From positions 544,001 to 608,000 of the forward strand of contig CAVOGR010000001.1 in the NCBI GenBank assembly GCA_963695555.1: a stretch of DNA of 64,000 nucleotides. Direction: 5' to 3'. Of the stretch, positions 43,328 through 54,164 are shown in pieces. This stretch comes from an uncultured Gemmatimonadales bacterium. GTDB lineage: Bacteria > Gemmatimonadota > Gemmatimonadetes > Gemmatimonadales > GWC2-71-9. How positions within the stretch are numbered: position 1 is the first letter of the stretch; each line of letters opens with the position of its first letter. The position numbers and the translations under genes are program-made. The notes below the pieces were generated by a model. The model did no database searches, was not told the DNA's origin, and saw nothing but the letters and a program-made list of their open reading frames with translations.

Positions 43328-44564
43328 TGCTGTCCGTGCCCTTCTGCCGCGGTCGCCCCAGCCGGAACCCGGCCAGCACGATGGCGGCCAACGCAAGGAA
43401 CCACACCGGCACCAACATCAGTCGGTGCTCCCAGCGCCGTTCCCGGCTCACTTCCGCGGTCTCCCGCACCTCCTTCGAGATCGACGCCACCCGTCGCCCC
43501 AAGTCGGATAGCAGTTCCAGGTCGAGGCTGTGTTGGACCTTGGCGATCTCCCGATAATCGGTGAGCGCCGTCTCATACCGGAACTTGGCATCGCTAACTC
43601 GGCGGCCCTGGCGGGTCAATTCGGCGATCGCATGCTCGGCCAGCACGAGCTCCTCGCGTGCCCGCACCACCTGGGTTTGAATCTCGACTCCGACCAACGC
43701 TGCCCGGCTGTCGCCCGTATGGCATCGGGTGCAGAGTGCTGCGATTTCCTCCGGCGGCACCGGCTCGGTGCCGTGGTTGCTGTGACAGGCCAGGCACCCG
43801 GGGATCTTGCCGGCGCTCGCGGCCTTCCCATGCGGCCCGTTGTGGAACTCCGCACCGAGCAGGACGTGGCACCGGTCGCACACGGTGGAAATCTCCGTGA
43901 TGGCCGGTGGCAGTGCTGCATGGGAACCATGGCACCCGATACAGGTGGGTGCGGCAAAGTTGCCCTGTTCGAACACCGCCACGCCATGGGCGCCGGCGCG
44001 GTACTTGGCGAACTGGTCGGTCGGGAGGCCGTACTTCTGCATCATCCCCGCATCGGAATGACACGCGGCGCAGGTGCTCGGAATGTTGGTCGGATAGACG
44101 TTGCTCCGGGCATCGGTGGGCCGCAGGATGGTGTGTGCGTCGTGGCAATCGGTGCAGGTCGGCGCATCGGCGTTCCCTTGCAGCAACACCTGGCCGTGGC
44201 GACTGGTCCGGAACTCCGCGAGCTCCCCCGCCGGCAGGCCGTACTGGCGCATCTGGTTGGGGTCCGAGTGACACGACGAACACTCCTCGGCGATGGCGAT
44301 CTTGTTCCTCGGATTGAATTTCATGCCGCGGTGGGCGCCGGCCGTCTCGAGGGATTTCGTGTTGCCGCCGTGGCAATCGGCGCATCGGATGCCCCGTTCG
44401 GAATGGACCCCCGCCGCAAAACTCCGGCGCTTGTCGGCATGGCAGGTGAGGCAGCTGTAGATCGTGTCTTGGCCGGCCTGCACTCCCAGGGACGGCGCGG
44501 ACGGAGTGACCCAGCCAGCGCTCGCAACCACGGCCGTCGCAAGGGTCACCCCCAGCATGCTCAT
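43314..44564 (-). CDS. Nonaheme cytochrome c with coiled coil and C-terminal TM anchor
   Basis: CLTCH, CADCH, CSSCH, CTDCH, CAACH, CIGCH, CDRCH, CLACH, CTRCH; C-terminal TM. Confidence 0.88.
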   Translation of the reverse strand: MSMLGVTLATAVVASAGWVTPSAPSLGVQAGQDTIYSCLTCHADKRRSFAAGVHSERGIRCADCHGGNTKSLETAGAHRGMKFNPRNKIAIAEECSSCHSDPNQMRQYGLPAGELAEFRTSRHGQVLLQGNADAPTCTDCHDAHTILRPTDARSNVYPTNIPSTCAACHSDAGMMQKYGLPTDQFAKYRAGAHGVAVFEQGNFAAPTCIGCHGSHAALPPAITEISTVCDRCHVLLGAEFHNGPHGKAASAGKIPGCLACHSNHGTEPVPPEEIAALCTRCHTGDSRAALVGVEIQTQVVRAREELVLAEHAIAELTRQGRRVSDAKFRYETALTDYREIAKVQHSLDLELLSDLGRRVASISKEVRETAEVSRERRWEHRLMLVPVWFLALAAIVLAGFRLGRPRQKGTDSNDHA

Positions 44565-45808
44565 GGCGCCTCCGGGGTCGTGTCGGTGGTATCTGCCGGC
44601 CGCGGCAAATCGGGAATTGGTGCCCCGACTTCGCCCGGTGTTTGGACCGCCGGTGCCACGGCGGGGCTGACGGAGCGAATCTGCCGACCCGCCACCCAGC
44701 CGACCAGGAGCGCAGCAAAGAAGACGATTCCAAGGGCGAGCGGCAACGGCTGCTTGCGCAAGTGACGCTCGGGGTCGCGGTCGAACAGCGGCAGAAACAC
44801 GAGCGCGAGCCCGAGGATGACGAATCCGACGACTCCCCAGGGGCCTAGATAGCGCACCACCGCCAGGCCGACGCTCACCGGGGGCCAGGTCGTCACTAAG
44901 TCGCTGGGCACCTGATACGGGTTCGCCGGATCGCCAACCGGTCGCGGAAAGAGGACGGCAAACGTGATGACCAGCGCCACCACGACCACAGCGGTGATGA
45001 AGCTCCGCGAAAGGTGATCGGGATAGAATGGCCTTCCCGGCGCCTCATCGACCGTGCCGTCCACCGGCGGTGCCACACCGTGGCGGCGGACCAACGCAAA
45101 ATGGAAGGCCAGCAGGGCGAACGCGATCCAGGGCAACACGATCACGTGGAGGGCGAAGTAACGGCTGAGCGTGGCTCCCGACACGATCACGTCGCCTGTC
45201 AAGAGCGCCGTGGCCAGGGAGCCGACCACGGGAATCTTTTCGTAGCTCGCCAGCACCTCCACCGCCGTCCAATAGCTCCATTGGTCCCACGGAAGCAGAT
45301 ACCCGGTTGCTCCGAAGGCCACGATCACAATGAGGAGCAGCATGCCGATGAACCAGTTGGTTTCTCGCGGTGGCTTGTAGGCCATCTCGAAGAACACCCG
45401 GGCCAAATGGGCCAGCACCACCAGGACGATCAGGCTGGCCGACCATACGTGGACGTCACGGATCAGCCACCCGAACGACACGTCCGAGACGATGTGCTGA
45501 ATGCTCGGATAGGCCTCCTGGGCTGACGGACGGTAGTAAAAGGACAACAGCACGCCCGTGATCACCAGAATGGCAAAGAGGAGGTAAGTGATGCTGCCGA
45601 GCGCGTGCTTCCACCGCACGTGCGCGGGCAGTCGATGGGTCATGGCCTTCCGGAAGGCCTGGTCGATCGGGAGGCGGCGATCGATCGGGCCGTACAACAG
45701 CCCGAGCCACCGGACCACGCTCAGCAGGCTCGAGTCGGTGCTCGTTTTCACATCGGCCCAGAGCTGACCCAGCCATTCGGACATGGAGCTGCGCAGTCGA
45801 TTGGGCAT
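44561..45808 (-). CDS. Cytochrome b of Rieske/cyt b family, lacking the PEWY motif
   Basis: YYRPS, RDVHVWSAS...H, GYLLPWDQ, RYFALH-X14-H, PFYPDH; the PEWY position reads TTWP. Confidence 0.85.
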   Translation of the reverse strand: MPNRLRSSMSEWLGQLWADVKTSTDSSLLSVVRWLGLLYGPIDRRLPIDQAFRKAMTHRLPAHVRWKHALGSITYLLFAILVITGVLLSFYYRPSAQEAYPSIQHIVSDVSFGWLIRDVHVWSASLIVLVVLAHLARVFFEMAYKPPRETNWFIGMLLLIVIVAFGATGYLLPWDQWSYWTAVEVLASYEKIPVVGSLATALLTGDVIVSGATLSRYFALHVIVLPWIAFALLAFHFALVRRHGVAPPVDGTVDEAPGRPFYPDHLSRSFITAVVVVALVITFAVLFPRPVGDPANPYQVPSDLVTTWPPVSVGLAVVRYLGPWGVVGFVILGLALVFLPLFDRDPERHLRKQPLPLALGIVFFAALLVGWVAGRQIRSVSPAVAPAVQTPGEVGAPIPDLPRPADTTDTTPEAP

Positions 45809-45813
45809 GGCGA

Positions 45814-46257
45814 TCAGGTCGTCACGTAGATGACGCCGCCGCGGACGTACACCGGGTACGGCCTGAGCGGCGTCGTGGTGAGCCCCGCGACCACATTGCC
45901 GCGCACATCATAGACCACGTACGTGCACGGAGAGACGACACGGAGCGACGCGGCGTCCCACTCCAGAATGCAACCGTCCGTGGGCGAAGTGCCCTGGAGC
46001 CCGAAGTACTCCTGGTCGCCGCGGCGGACCACCAGGATGATCTTGTCCCCCCAGTTCACCACCCGGCTGGCGCCAACGGGGAAGTCGGCCTCGCGAGCCA
46101 CCTGCGTGAACGGCTGGAGTTCGGGGAGTTGCAGGTGGCCTCCAGGCAGGAGATAGAGGAACACCGCAATGCCTGCCGCCATGGCCATGGAGAGAATCAC
46201 CCCGGCGAGCAAGAGCCCGTTGAACGTCAGTCTCGACCCCGGCCCATTCGCATCCAT
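45814..46257 (-). CDS. Rieske-fold protein without Fe-S ligands (pseudo-Rieske)
   Basis: TM + YL.P, ILVVRR, SPTDGC (for CTHLGC), SPCT (for CxCH), YDVRGNVVAG, PLRPYPV; directly upstream of cyt b. Confidence 0.75.
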   Translation of the reverse strand: MDANGPGSRLTFNGLLLAGVILSMAMAAGIAVFLYLLPGGHLQLPELQPFTQVAREADFPVGASRVVNWGDKIILVVRRGDQEYFGLQGTSPTDGCILEWDAASLRVVSPCTYVVYDVRGNVVAGLTTTPLRPYPVYVRGGVIYVTT

Positions 46258-46324
46258 GATGCTCCGTGCGTTCCTTTCAGGGGGTGTGGGCTGCATTTCG
46301 ATCGATGTCGGTCGGCACGGGAGA

Positions 46325-46340
46325 GGCAACTATCGCGCCG
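46325..46340 (-). promoter_or_regulatory. Candidate sigma54 promoter CGGCGCGATAGTTGCC
   Basis: GG-N10-GC with TTGC; ~70 nt upstream of the pseudo-Rieske ATG. Confidence 0.5.
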
Positions 46341-46414
46341 ACCAGGTGAAAAGTGGGGGAACAGGACGATCCCCGGTGAAAGCGACCTAATAGTAGGTGA
46401 CTCCCTTCGGGTTC

Positions 46415-46437
46415 CGCAACGGAATCCGTTGCGACAC
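46415..46437. promoter_or_regulatory. Palindrome CGCAACGG-aat-CCGTTGCG, candidate activator site in the divergent promoter region
   Basis: 8-bp inverted repeat; 12-mer CCGTTGCGACAC is the reverse complement of 38425-38436. Confidence 0.4.
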
Positions 46438-46771
46438 TGCACCTTGTCCAGCATGGGGCCTGGGCTCGTGGGGAACCCTCGAGCCTAGGTGTTCCAGCGC
46501 TGTCTTGGTCGATGCGGCCGTCGCACCGCGGAGTTTCGGCATCCGGCTTCTGCTCGAGGCGTCCTGTACTGGACATGAACGCGGTGGAGACCAAGCCTCT
46601 GAGCCGGAATACTTAACTCGGAATTAAGACTTCCTTCATAAAAACTTCCTCATGTTGAGCAACCAGCGCCGGAGGCTGTGACCTTCCTGTATCCATTCCG
46701 GTTGCTGCCTCGCGTCCGTCGGCACATCGCTCCAGCTGTGCTCCTACCGTCTTGGGCCGGAGGCATGGGTC

Positions 46772-47924
46772 ATGTATCTCCCCACATCCCATCCGTGGAC
46801 CGAGGGTGAAACCCTCGGCGAGCAACTCGAAAGCCGCGGCGTATCGCGCCGAGACTTTCTCACCTACTGCGGCGACTTGTGCGTCGTCCTCGGAGTCGGA
46901 CGACTGGCCGCGCCGACCATGGCGCACGCGCTCCAGGCGACGACACGGCCGACCGTCATCTGGCTCCAGCTGCAGGAGTGCACCGGCTGCGTCGAGAGCG
47001 TGCTCCGAACGTCGGAGCCCACCATCGGCGATCTGGTGCTGGACCTCGTGTCGCTCGACTACCAGCACACCCTCATGGCGGCGCCGGCCACGCGGTGGAA
47101 GCCGCGCTCAAGCAGTCGATGGAAACCAATGCCGGGAAGTACGTGCTGCTGGTCACCGGCTCGGTCCCGCTCAACGAAGGCGGCATCTATACCACGATCG
47201 GCGGGCGGACGGCTAAGGAGATCCTCGAGGAGGCTGCCGCCGGTGCGGCGGCGGTCATCGCCGTCGGCGCCTGCGCGCACTGGGGCAACATCCAGGCGGC
47301 CCGGCCAAACCCGACCGGCGCGGTCGGGGTATCGGCGCTCGTCACCGACAAGCCGGTCGTCAACATCGCCGGCTGTCCGCCGATCGCCGACGTGGTGACG
47401 GCCACGGTGGTGCATTATCTCACGTTCGGAAGCCTGCCCAAGACCGACACGTCGGCCGTCCGCTGTTCGCCTACGGCGCGCGGATCCACGACCAGTGCCC
47501 GCGGCGGGCGCACTTCGATGCCGGGCAGTACGTCGAGGAGTTCGATGACGAGGCGGCCCGAAAGGGCTGGTGCCTCTACAAGATGGGCTGCAAGGGACCG
47601 GCGACGTTCTCGCCGTGCCCGATCTTCCAGTGGAACACCCGCACCAACTGGCCCATCGGGGCCGGGCATCCGTGCATCGGGTGCACCGAGCGGGGCTTCT
47701 GGGACACGATGACCCCGTTCTACGATCGCCTGCCGGGTATCGCGGGCTTCGGCGTCGAGCGGAACGTCGACCTCCTCGGTGCGGCACTGGCCGTCGGCGC
47801 CACCGCCGGCGTGGTGGCCCATGCGGCGGCGACCGGGGTGCAACAGGTCCGCGCAGGCAAGAAGCAGCGAGAGCTTCCGGTCATCGACACGCCGTCGGGC
47901 GACGAGGGAGGGCAGAATGGCTAG
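46772..47924 (+). CDS. hyaA: Group 1 [NiFe] uptake hydrogenase small subunit (frameshifts ~47085, ~47450)
   Basis: Tat [50 protein letters not shown]-terminal TM. Confidence 0.9.
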
Positions 47925-49646
47925 AACCAAGGTCGTCGTCGACCCGATCACCCGGATCGAAGGTCACCTGCGGATCGAGGTGCAGGAGGAGAACGGCCGG
48001 ATCGCCGATGCGTGGGCGTCATCGACCCAGTTCCGCGGCATCGAGATCATCATGGAAGGCCGCGATCCGCGCGACGCCTGGGCCTTCACGCAGCGGATCT
48101 GCGGCGTCTGCACGGTGGTGCACGCGGTCGCGTCCTGCCGCGCCGTGGAGGACGCCCTCGACATCCGCATCCCGCCCAACGCGAACCTGATCCGCAACCT
48201 GGTCCACGGGATGCAGTTCGTGCAGGACCACGTGATCCACTTCTACCACCTGCACGCCCTGGATTGGGTGGACGTGGTGAGCGCGCTTGAGTGCCGATCC
48301 GGCGGCGACGCGCGCGGATCGCGCGCCAGATCTCGCCGTGGCCCAACAACTCGGCGACCTACTTCGCCGGAGGTGCAGGACCGGCTCAAGAAGTTCGTGG
48401 CCGGCGGCCAGCTGGGCATCTTCACCAACGGGTACTGGGGCCACCCGGCCTACAAGCTGCCGCCCGAGGTGAACCTGCTGGCGGTGGCGCACTATCTCGA
48501 GGCGCTCGACTGGCAGCGCGACGTGATCCGGCTGCACACGATCTTCGGCGGCAAGAACCCGCACCCGAACTTCCTGGTCGGCGGCATGGCGTCGGCCATC
48601 AACCTCGACGACACGGCCACGATCAACGCCGAGCGGCTGACCGACATCCAGGACATGATCAAGCGGGCCCAGCGCTTCGTCGAGGAGGTGTACTGGCCCG
48701 ACCTGCTGGCGATCGCCGGCTTCTACAAGGAGTGGGCCGCCATCGGCGGCGGCATCGGCAACTATCCTGGCCTGCGGTGAGTTCCCGGAGGGCGACATCC
48801 GCGACACCGACTCGCTACTACTTCCCGCGCGGAGTCATCCTCGGACAAGAACCTGAGCGAGGTGCTGCCCTACGACCAGCAGAAGGTCAAGGAGTACATC
48901 ACGCAGCTCGTGGTACGAGTATCGAGGCGGCGACGACGTGGGGCTGCACCCGTACGACGGCGAGACCAAGGCCGAAGTACACCGGCCCGCCGACGCCGTG
49001 GACGTACCTCCAGGACGACGACAAGTACACCTGGATGAAGTCGCCGCGGTACGACGAGACTGCCGATGGAGGTCGGGCCGCTGGCCCGGCATGCTGGTGG
49101 CGTACGCCTCCGGACACGAGGACGTACAGGGCGATGGTGACGGAGGTGCTCGGCCGGCTGGACGTCGGCCCGGCGGCCCTGTTCTCGACCCTGGGCCGGA
49201 CGGCGGCGCGCGGCATCGAGACGGTGCTGCTCGCGCGCCGGATGAAGGCCTGGTACGACCACCTGGTTGGCCGGATCAAGGGCGGCGACACCGCAGACCT
49301 TCAACGGCGACACGTGGGATCCCGACCACCTGGCCGGCCACGGCCCAGGGCTACGGCTACCTGGACGCGCCGCGCGGCGCGCTGGGCCACTGGGTCCAGA
49401 TCGAGGACGGCAAGATCTCGCGCTACCAGTGCGTGGTGCCCAGCACGTGGAACTGCTCGCCGCGGGACGCGCAAGGGCAGATCGGGCCCTACGAGGCGGC
49501 GCTGATGGACAACCATCCGCTGGTCGATCCGGAGCAGCCGATCGAGATCCTGCGGACCATCCACTCGTTCGATCCGTGCATGGCGTGCGGCGTCCACGTG
49601 CTCGATGCCACAGGGGAAGCTCGTGACGGAGGTGAAGGTCCAATGA
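47917..49646 (+). CDS. hyaB: Group 1 [NiFe] hydrogenase large subunit (multiple frameshifts)
   Basis: [57 protein letters not shown] plus cleavable tail. Confidence 0.92.
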
Positions 49647-50424
49647 CCAACGCACGACAACGACCGTGGCCCGGGGGCGAGGCGCCCTGGCCGCTCCGCC
49701 AAGACAAGGTCCGGCCGTCGCTGGGTGTACCTCTGGCACTGGCCGCTCCGGGCGATGCACTGGATCTCCGCCGTGCTGCGTCACCGTCCTGGTCGTCACC
49801 GGCCTCTACATCGGCAGGCCGTACTTCTGACCAGCTCGGGCGACGCGCCGCGACCATTCCTGATGGGCTGGATCCGCTTCATCCACTTCACGGCGGCCGG
49901 CGATCTTCGTCGCTACCGCCATCGTCCGGGTCTACTGGCTGTTCATCGGGAACCAGTTCGAGCGGTGGCAGCGCGCTCTTTCCGTGTGCGGACCACGCAG
50001 CTGGAAGAACATGTGCGAGGTGTTCGAAGAAGTACCTCCTGATCGAACCGGAACGGGCTCCGCACTACCTGGGGCACAACCCGCTCCAGCAGGTCACCTA
50101 CTCGCTACTGTATCTGATCGCCATCGTGCAGGTCGTGACCGGCTTCGCGATGTACGGACTGTCGAACCCGGGCGGGTTCTTCTACACGCTGTTCGCCTGG
50201 GTCGGCCCGCTCTTCGGCGGGACCCAGATCGTCCGGCTTCGCTCCACCACGTGCTGACCTGGTTCTTCGTGATCTTCCTGCCCGTCCACATCTACTTCAC
50301 CGTCCGGGCCGACGCGTTGCACCGCGAAGGGCGGATCTCCTCGATGGTCAGCGGCGGACGCTTCGTGCGCGACGACCTCCAGTACGTGGATGAGCACAAA
50401 CTCGAGCAGCCGTATGAGGAGTGA
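49643..50424 (+). CDS. hyaC: Hydrogenase b-type cytochrome subunit (frameshifted)
   Basis: YLWHWPLRAMHW, TGLYIG, RFIHF, GHNPLQQ, HHVLTW, HIY, SSMVSG. Confidence 0.85.
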
Positions 50425-50925
50425 CGTGGCCGCCGCGACGACCGTCATCGGGCTCGGCAGCCCCCTGATGGCCGACGACGGGCTCGGCCTCGTCGTGCTC
50501 GAGATCCTCAGGGAGCGGTGGTCCTTCGATCCCCCCGTCGAGCTGGTGGACGGCGGGACCTGGGGCATGAACCTGCTGCCCCTCATCGAATCGGCCGGCC
50601 GGCTCCTCCTGGTGGACGCCATCAACACCGGCGCCGAGCCGGGAACCTGTATCGTACTCGAACGGGACCAGTTACCGATGTTCCTGTCGGCCAAACTCTC
50701 CCCGCACCAGATCGACCTCCGGGAGGTCTTGGCCCTGGCCGAATTCCGCGGTACCCTCCCACGAGACACGGTGGCCATCGGGCTGCAGCCGGCGCTGGTC
50801 GAAATGGGCATCGGCCTGAGCCCGCTCATCCAGAGCAGATGGACGTCGTCCTCGCCCGGGTCGTCGAGCGTCTCGAGGCGTGGGGGCACGCAGCCCGGGA
50901 ACACGCCGCCTCGTTGCATGCATGA
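50414..50925 (+). CDS. hyaD: Hydrogenase maturation protease (frameshift ~50835)
   Basis: GLGSPLMADDGLG, DGGT, VDA, SPHQ, GLS. Confidence 0.85.
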
Positions 50926-51178
50926 GATGAGCCTCGCTCACGAGGTGTGCCGCATCACCGAGGCACACGTCGGGGCGGATCACCTATCCCAGGTCGTCGA
51001 GGTCGGGGTCGAGGTCGGAGACCAGGCCGGCGTCGAGGTCGACAACCTGGAATTCTGTCTCGAGGCTCTGCTGTCCAGTCCGCCGTTCGGTCACGGCCGG
51101 CCGGCGATCACGCGCCTGGATGGCACCGACTTGCGGGTCAGCTATGTGGAGGTCGACGATGGCAGTCCGGACGATTGA
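50918..51178 (+). CDS. hypA: Nickel metallochaperone HypA, short form lacking the Zn finger
   Basis: MHEMSLA Ni motif, EVG..AGVE.DNLEF, C-terminal GTDLRVSYVEV; no CxxC pairs. Confidence 0.8.
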   Translation: MHEMSLAHEVCRITEAHVGADHLSQVVEVGVEVGDQAGVEVDNLEFCLEALLSSPPFGHGRPAITRLDGTDLRVSYVEVDDGSPDD

Positions 51179-51838
51179 AGTGCGCGAGCGGGTCATGGCG
51201 AAGAACGACGAGCTGGCCGCAGCGGTTCGCGAGCGGCTCCGCGCGCGCGGGTGTCACGTCGTTCAACCTGGTGTCGTCTCCGGGCTCGGGAAAGACACTC
51301 CTGCTGGAGCGGACGCTCGACGGCGCTGGGCGAAGAGTTGCGCATTGCGGTCGTCACCGGCGACGTGCAGACCCAGAACGACGCGGACCGGCTGGCCCGC
51401 CATACGGACCGGCCTGGTGCAGGCCGTCGTGACCGGCGGCGCGTGCCACCTCGACGCCCGGCAGGTCGCCACGGCGCTCGATGCGCTCGACCTCGACCAC
51501 ACGCGGCTCCTCTTCATCGAGAACGTCGGCAACCTGGTGTGCCCCGCGAGCTGGGACCTGGGCGAAGATGCCAAGATCGTGGTGTTCTCCGTCACCGAAG
51601 GCGAGGACAAGCCGCTCAAGTATCCCAAGATGTTCCGGGAATCACGCTACGCCGTCCTGAACAAGATCGACCTGCTGCCGTACGTCCCGTTCGACGTCGA
51701 CCGAGCCCTGGCATACGCCCGGGAGGTGAACCCGGAGCTCCAGTTCTTCCTCACCTCGGCGCTCACCGGCGAAGGACTCGATCAGTGGTTCGCGTTCCTC
51801 CGAAGCCGGACGCCTCACGGGCAACCCGGCATGAGTAG
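51159..51838 (+). CDS. hypB: Hydrogenase nickel incorporation GTPase (frameshifted)
   Basis: SSPGSGKT, GD..T.NDA, TGGACHLDA, ENVGNLVCP, EGEDKPLKYP, NKIDL. Confidence 0.9.
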
Positions 51839-54151
51839 CGCCGCCCCCGCTCCACCCGTCAAGCGGGTGCGGCTGCATGTGACGGGCGTGGTGCAGGGTG
51901 TGGGCTTCCGTCCCTTCGTCCACCGCCTGGCGCTCCTGCATGGGCTGGGCGGGTGGGTCCGGAATGCGTCGGGCGACGTGGAAATCGAAGTCGAAGGCCC
52001 GAGCACCGCGCTGGAGCAATTCCTCGAGAGCCTGGAAACCGACGCCCCTCCACTCGCCAGGATCGAACGGGTGAACGACGGAGCCGCAGCCGCCCGAAGG
52101 GGAGACGGAGTTCCAGGTTCGTCACGAGCCGGGCCGAGGCCAACCGCCGCCAGCCGGTCTCTCCCGACGTGGCCATCTGTCCGGCGTGCGAAGCCGAACT
52201 GTTCGATCCGACCAACCGGCGGTATCGCTATCCCTTCATCACGTGCACCGACTGCGGGCCGCGCTACACGGTGATCGGTACCATGCCGTACGATCGGGAG
52301 CGCACCAGCATGGGTGCGTTCACCCAGTGCAACGCGTGTCTCCTCGAGTACCAAACGACCAGCCGACCGCCGGTACCACTCGGAGACCAACAGCTGCGCC
52401 GAATGCGGCCCCCAGGTCTGGTTCAGCGCCATCGAGACTCCCAGCCAGTACGTCGCACGGCCTCGATGCCATCGAGCACGCGGCCCGTCTACTCGACCAG
52501 CGGACGGATCGTGGCGGTCCGCGGGCTCGGCGGCTTCCACTCGGCGGTCGATGCCACCGACGCCAAGGCGGTCGTGCGGCTCCGACAGCGCAAGCGGCGC
52601 GAAGCCAAGCCCCTGGCCGTGATGGTGCGAACCCTGGCGGATGCCCGTGAGTTGGCCGTCATCGAGCCGGAGGAGGCCAGGCTCCTGTCGTCGTCGGCGC
52701 GCCCGATCGTGCTCGTGGCTCCCACGACCAATACCCCGCTCACCGGGGAGGTATTCCCGCGGCTCGACCGTGTCGGGATCATGCTCGCCTACACGCCGCT
52801 GCATCACCTCCTGCTCGACGCCGTCGCCCGCCCGCTGGTCATGACCAGCGGCAACGTCAGCGATGAGCCCATCGCTACCGGGAACGCCGAAGCGTTGGTG
52901 CGGCTCCGTACCCTCGCTGACGGCTTCCTGCTGCACGACCGGGAAATCATCTCACGCTACGATGACTCGGTGGTTCGGCTGGTGGACGGACATCCGATAT
53001 TCCTGCGCCGGGCTCGTGGCTATGCGCCGCTCCCGCTCGACCTCCCGGTCGCGAGTCCGGTCCCGCTCGTTGCGGTCGGTCCGCACCTCAAGAACACGCT
53101 CACCCTGGTGCACGGACAGCGGGCGTACGTGAGCCAGCATATCGGAGATCTGGAAAACCTGGAGACGCTCGAACACTTCCAGGCGACGCTCCATCGCCTG
53201 CGCCGCCTGTTCGACATCGACCCGCAGGTCGTCGTTCGCGACCATCACCCCGGGTATCTCTCGACCCGCGTAGCCGACGAATTGGACTGTGCCCGTGTCC
53301 TGGCCATTCAGCATCATCACGCCCATGTCGCGGCCGTCATGGCCGAGTATGGAAGAACCGCGCCGGTGATCGGGGTGGCCTATGACGGAACGGGCTATGG
53401 TGACGACGGGAAGGTGTGGGGGGCGGAAATCTTCGAGGCCGACCTGCTCGGGTACCGTCGGCTGGCGCATCTCACGTATGCGCCGCTTCCCGGTGGTGAG
53501 CGGGCGGTCCGGGCTCCGTGGCGGACGGCGTTGGGGTATCGCTCGCTCGATCATGGGGCAGCGGCAGCTTTTGCCCTTGCCTTCCGCGGCGTGGACCCGG
53601 CGGAGCTCGAACTCGCCGGCCGACAAATCGATCGGGGCATCAATAGCCCGATGGCCTCTTCCATGGGCCGGCTGTTCGATGCGGCCTCCGCCGTATTGGG
53701 CTTGCGCCACCGCGTGCGGTACGAAGGACAGGCGGCGATGGAACTCGAATCCGTGGCGGGCCGGAGGAACGGAAACGAACTCCCCTACCGGCTCGAGGAC
53801 GATGGAGCGGGCGGCTGGGTGTTGGATCCGCTCCCGCTGCTCGTCACCATCGGTGAGCGCCGCCAGCGTGGCGCAGAGGTGGAGGACCTCGCCGCGGATT
53901 TCCATGCAACGGTTGCAGCGGCTACCGTTCGACTCGTGCTTCGAGCCGGCGATGCGACTGGACGGCGCACGGTGGTGTTGAGCGGTGGAGTCTTTCAGAA
54001 CGCCCTGCTTCTCAGGTTGGTGAGCACCGATCTTGCGGCCCGCGGACTGGAGGTGCTCGTACCGCGCCTCCTGAGCCCGAACGATGGCGCGATCAGCTAT
54101 GGCCAGGCGGCAGCGGCAGCCGCCATGCTGCGCCGCGAGTCCGCCGCCTAG
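51831..54151 (+). CDS. hypF: Carbamoyltransferase HypF (frameshifts in first ~700 nt)
   Basis: GVVQGVGFRPF acylphosphatase domain, Zn fingers, MTSGN, QHIGDL, QHHHAH, DGTGYG, SSMGRLFD, PNDGAISYGQ. Confidence 0.93.
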
Positions 54152-54164
54152 GAGGGAATCCCCA

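Noticed and set aside
47917..49646. [NiFeSe] hydrogenase or programmed recoding
   Set aside because: The L2 motif has Cys (DPCMAC); the breaks are scattered indels without consistent slippery sites.
50390..51178. Apparent HyaD-HypA fusion ORF
   Set aside because: The protease C-terminus continues in another frame (ending 50925), and HypA needs a free N-terminal MHE; explained by one frameshift at ~50835.
51120..52274. Apparent HypB-HypF fusion ORF
   Set aside because: Lies in an indel-dense stretch; HypF has its own ATG (51831) and nearby out-of-frame stops fit a normal HypB end, so it is most likely an artefact.
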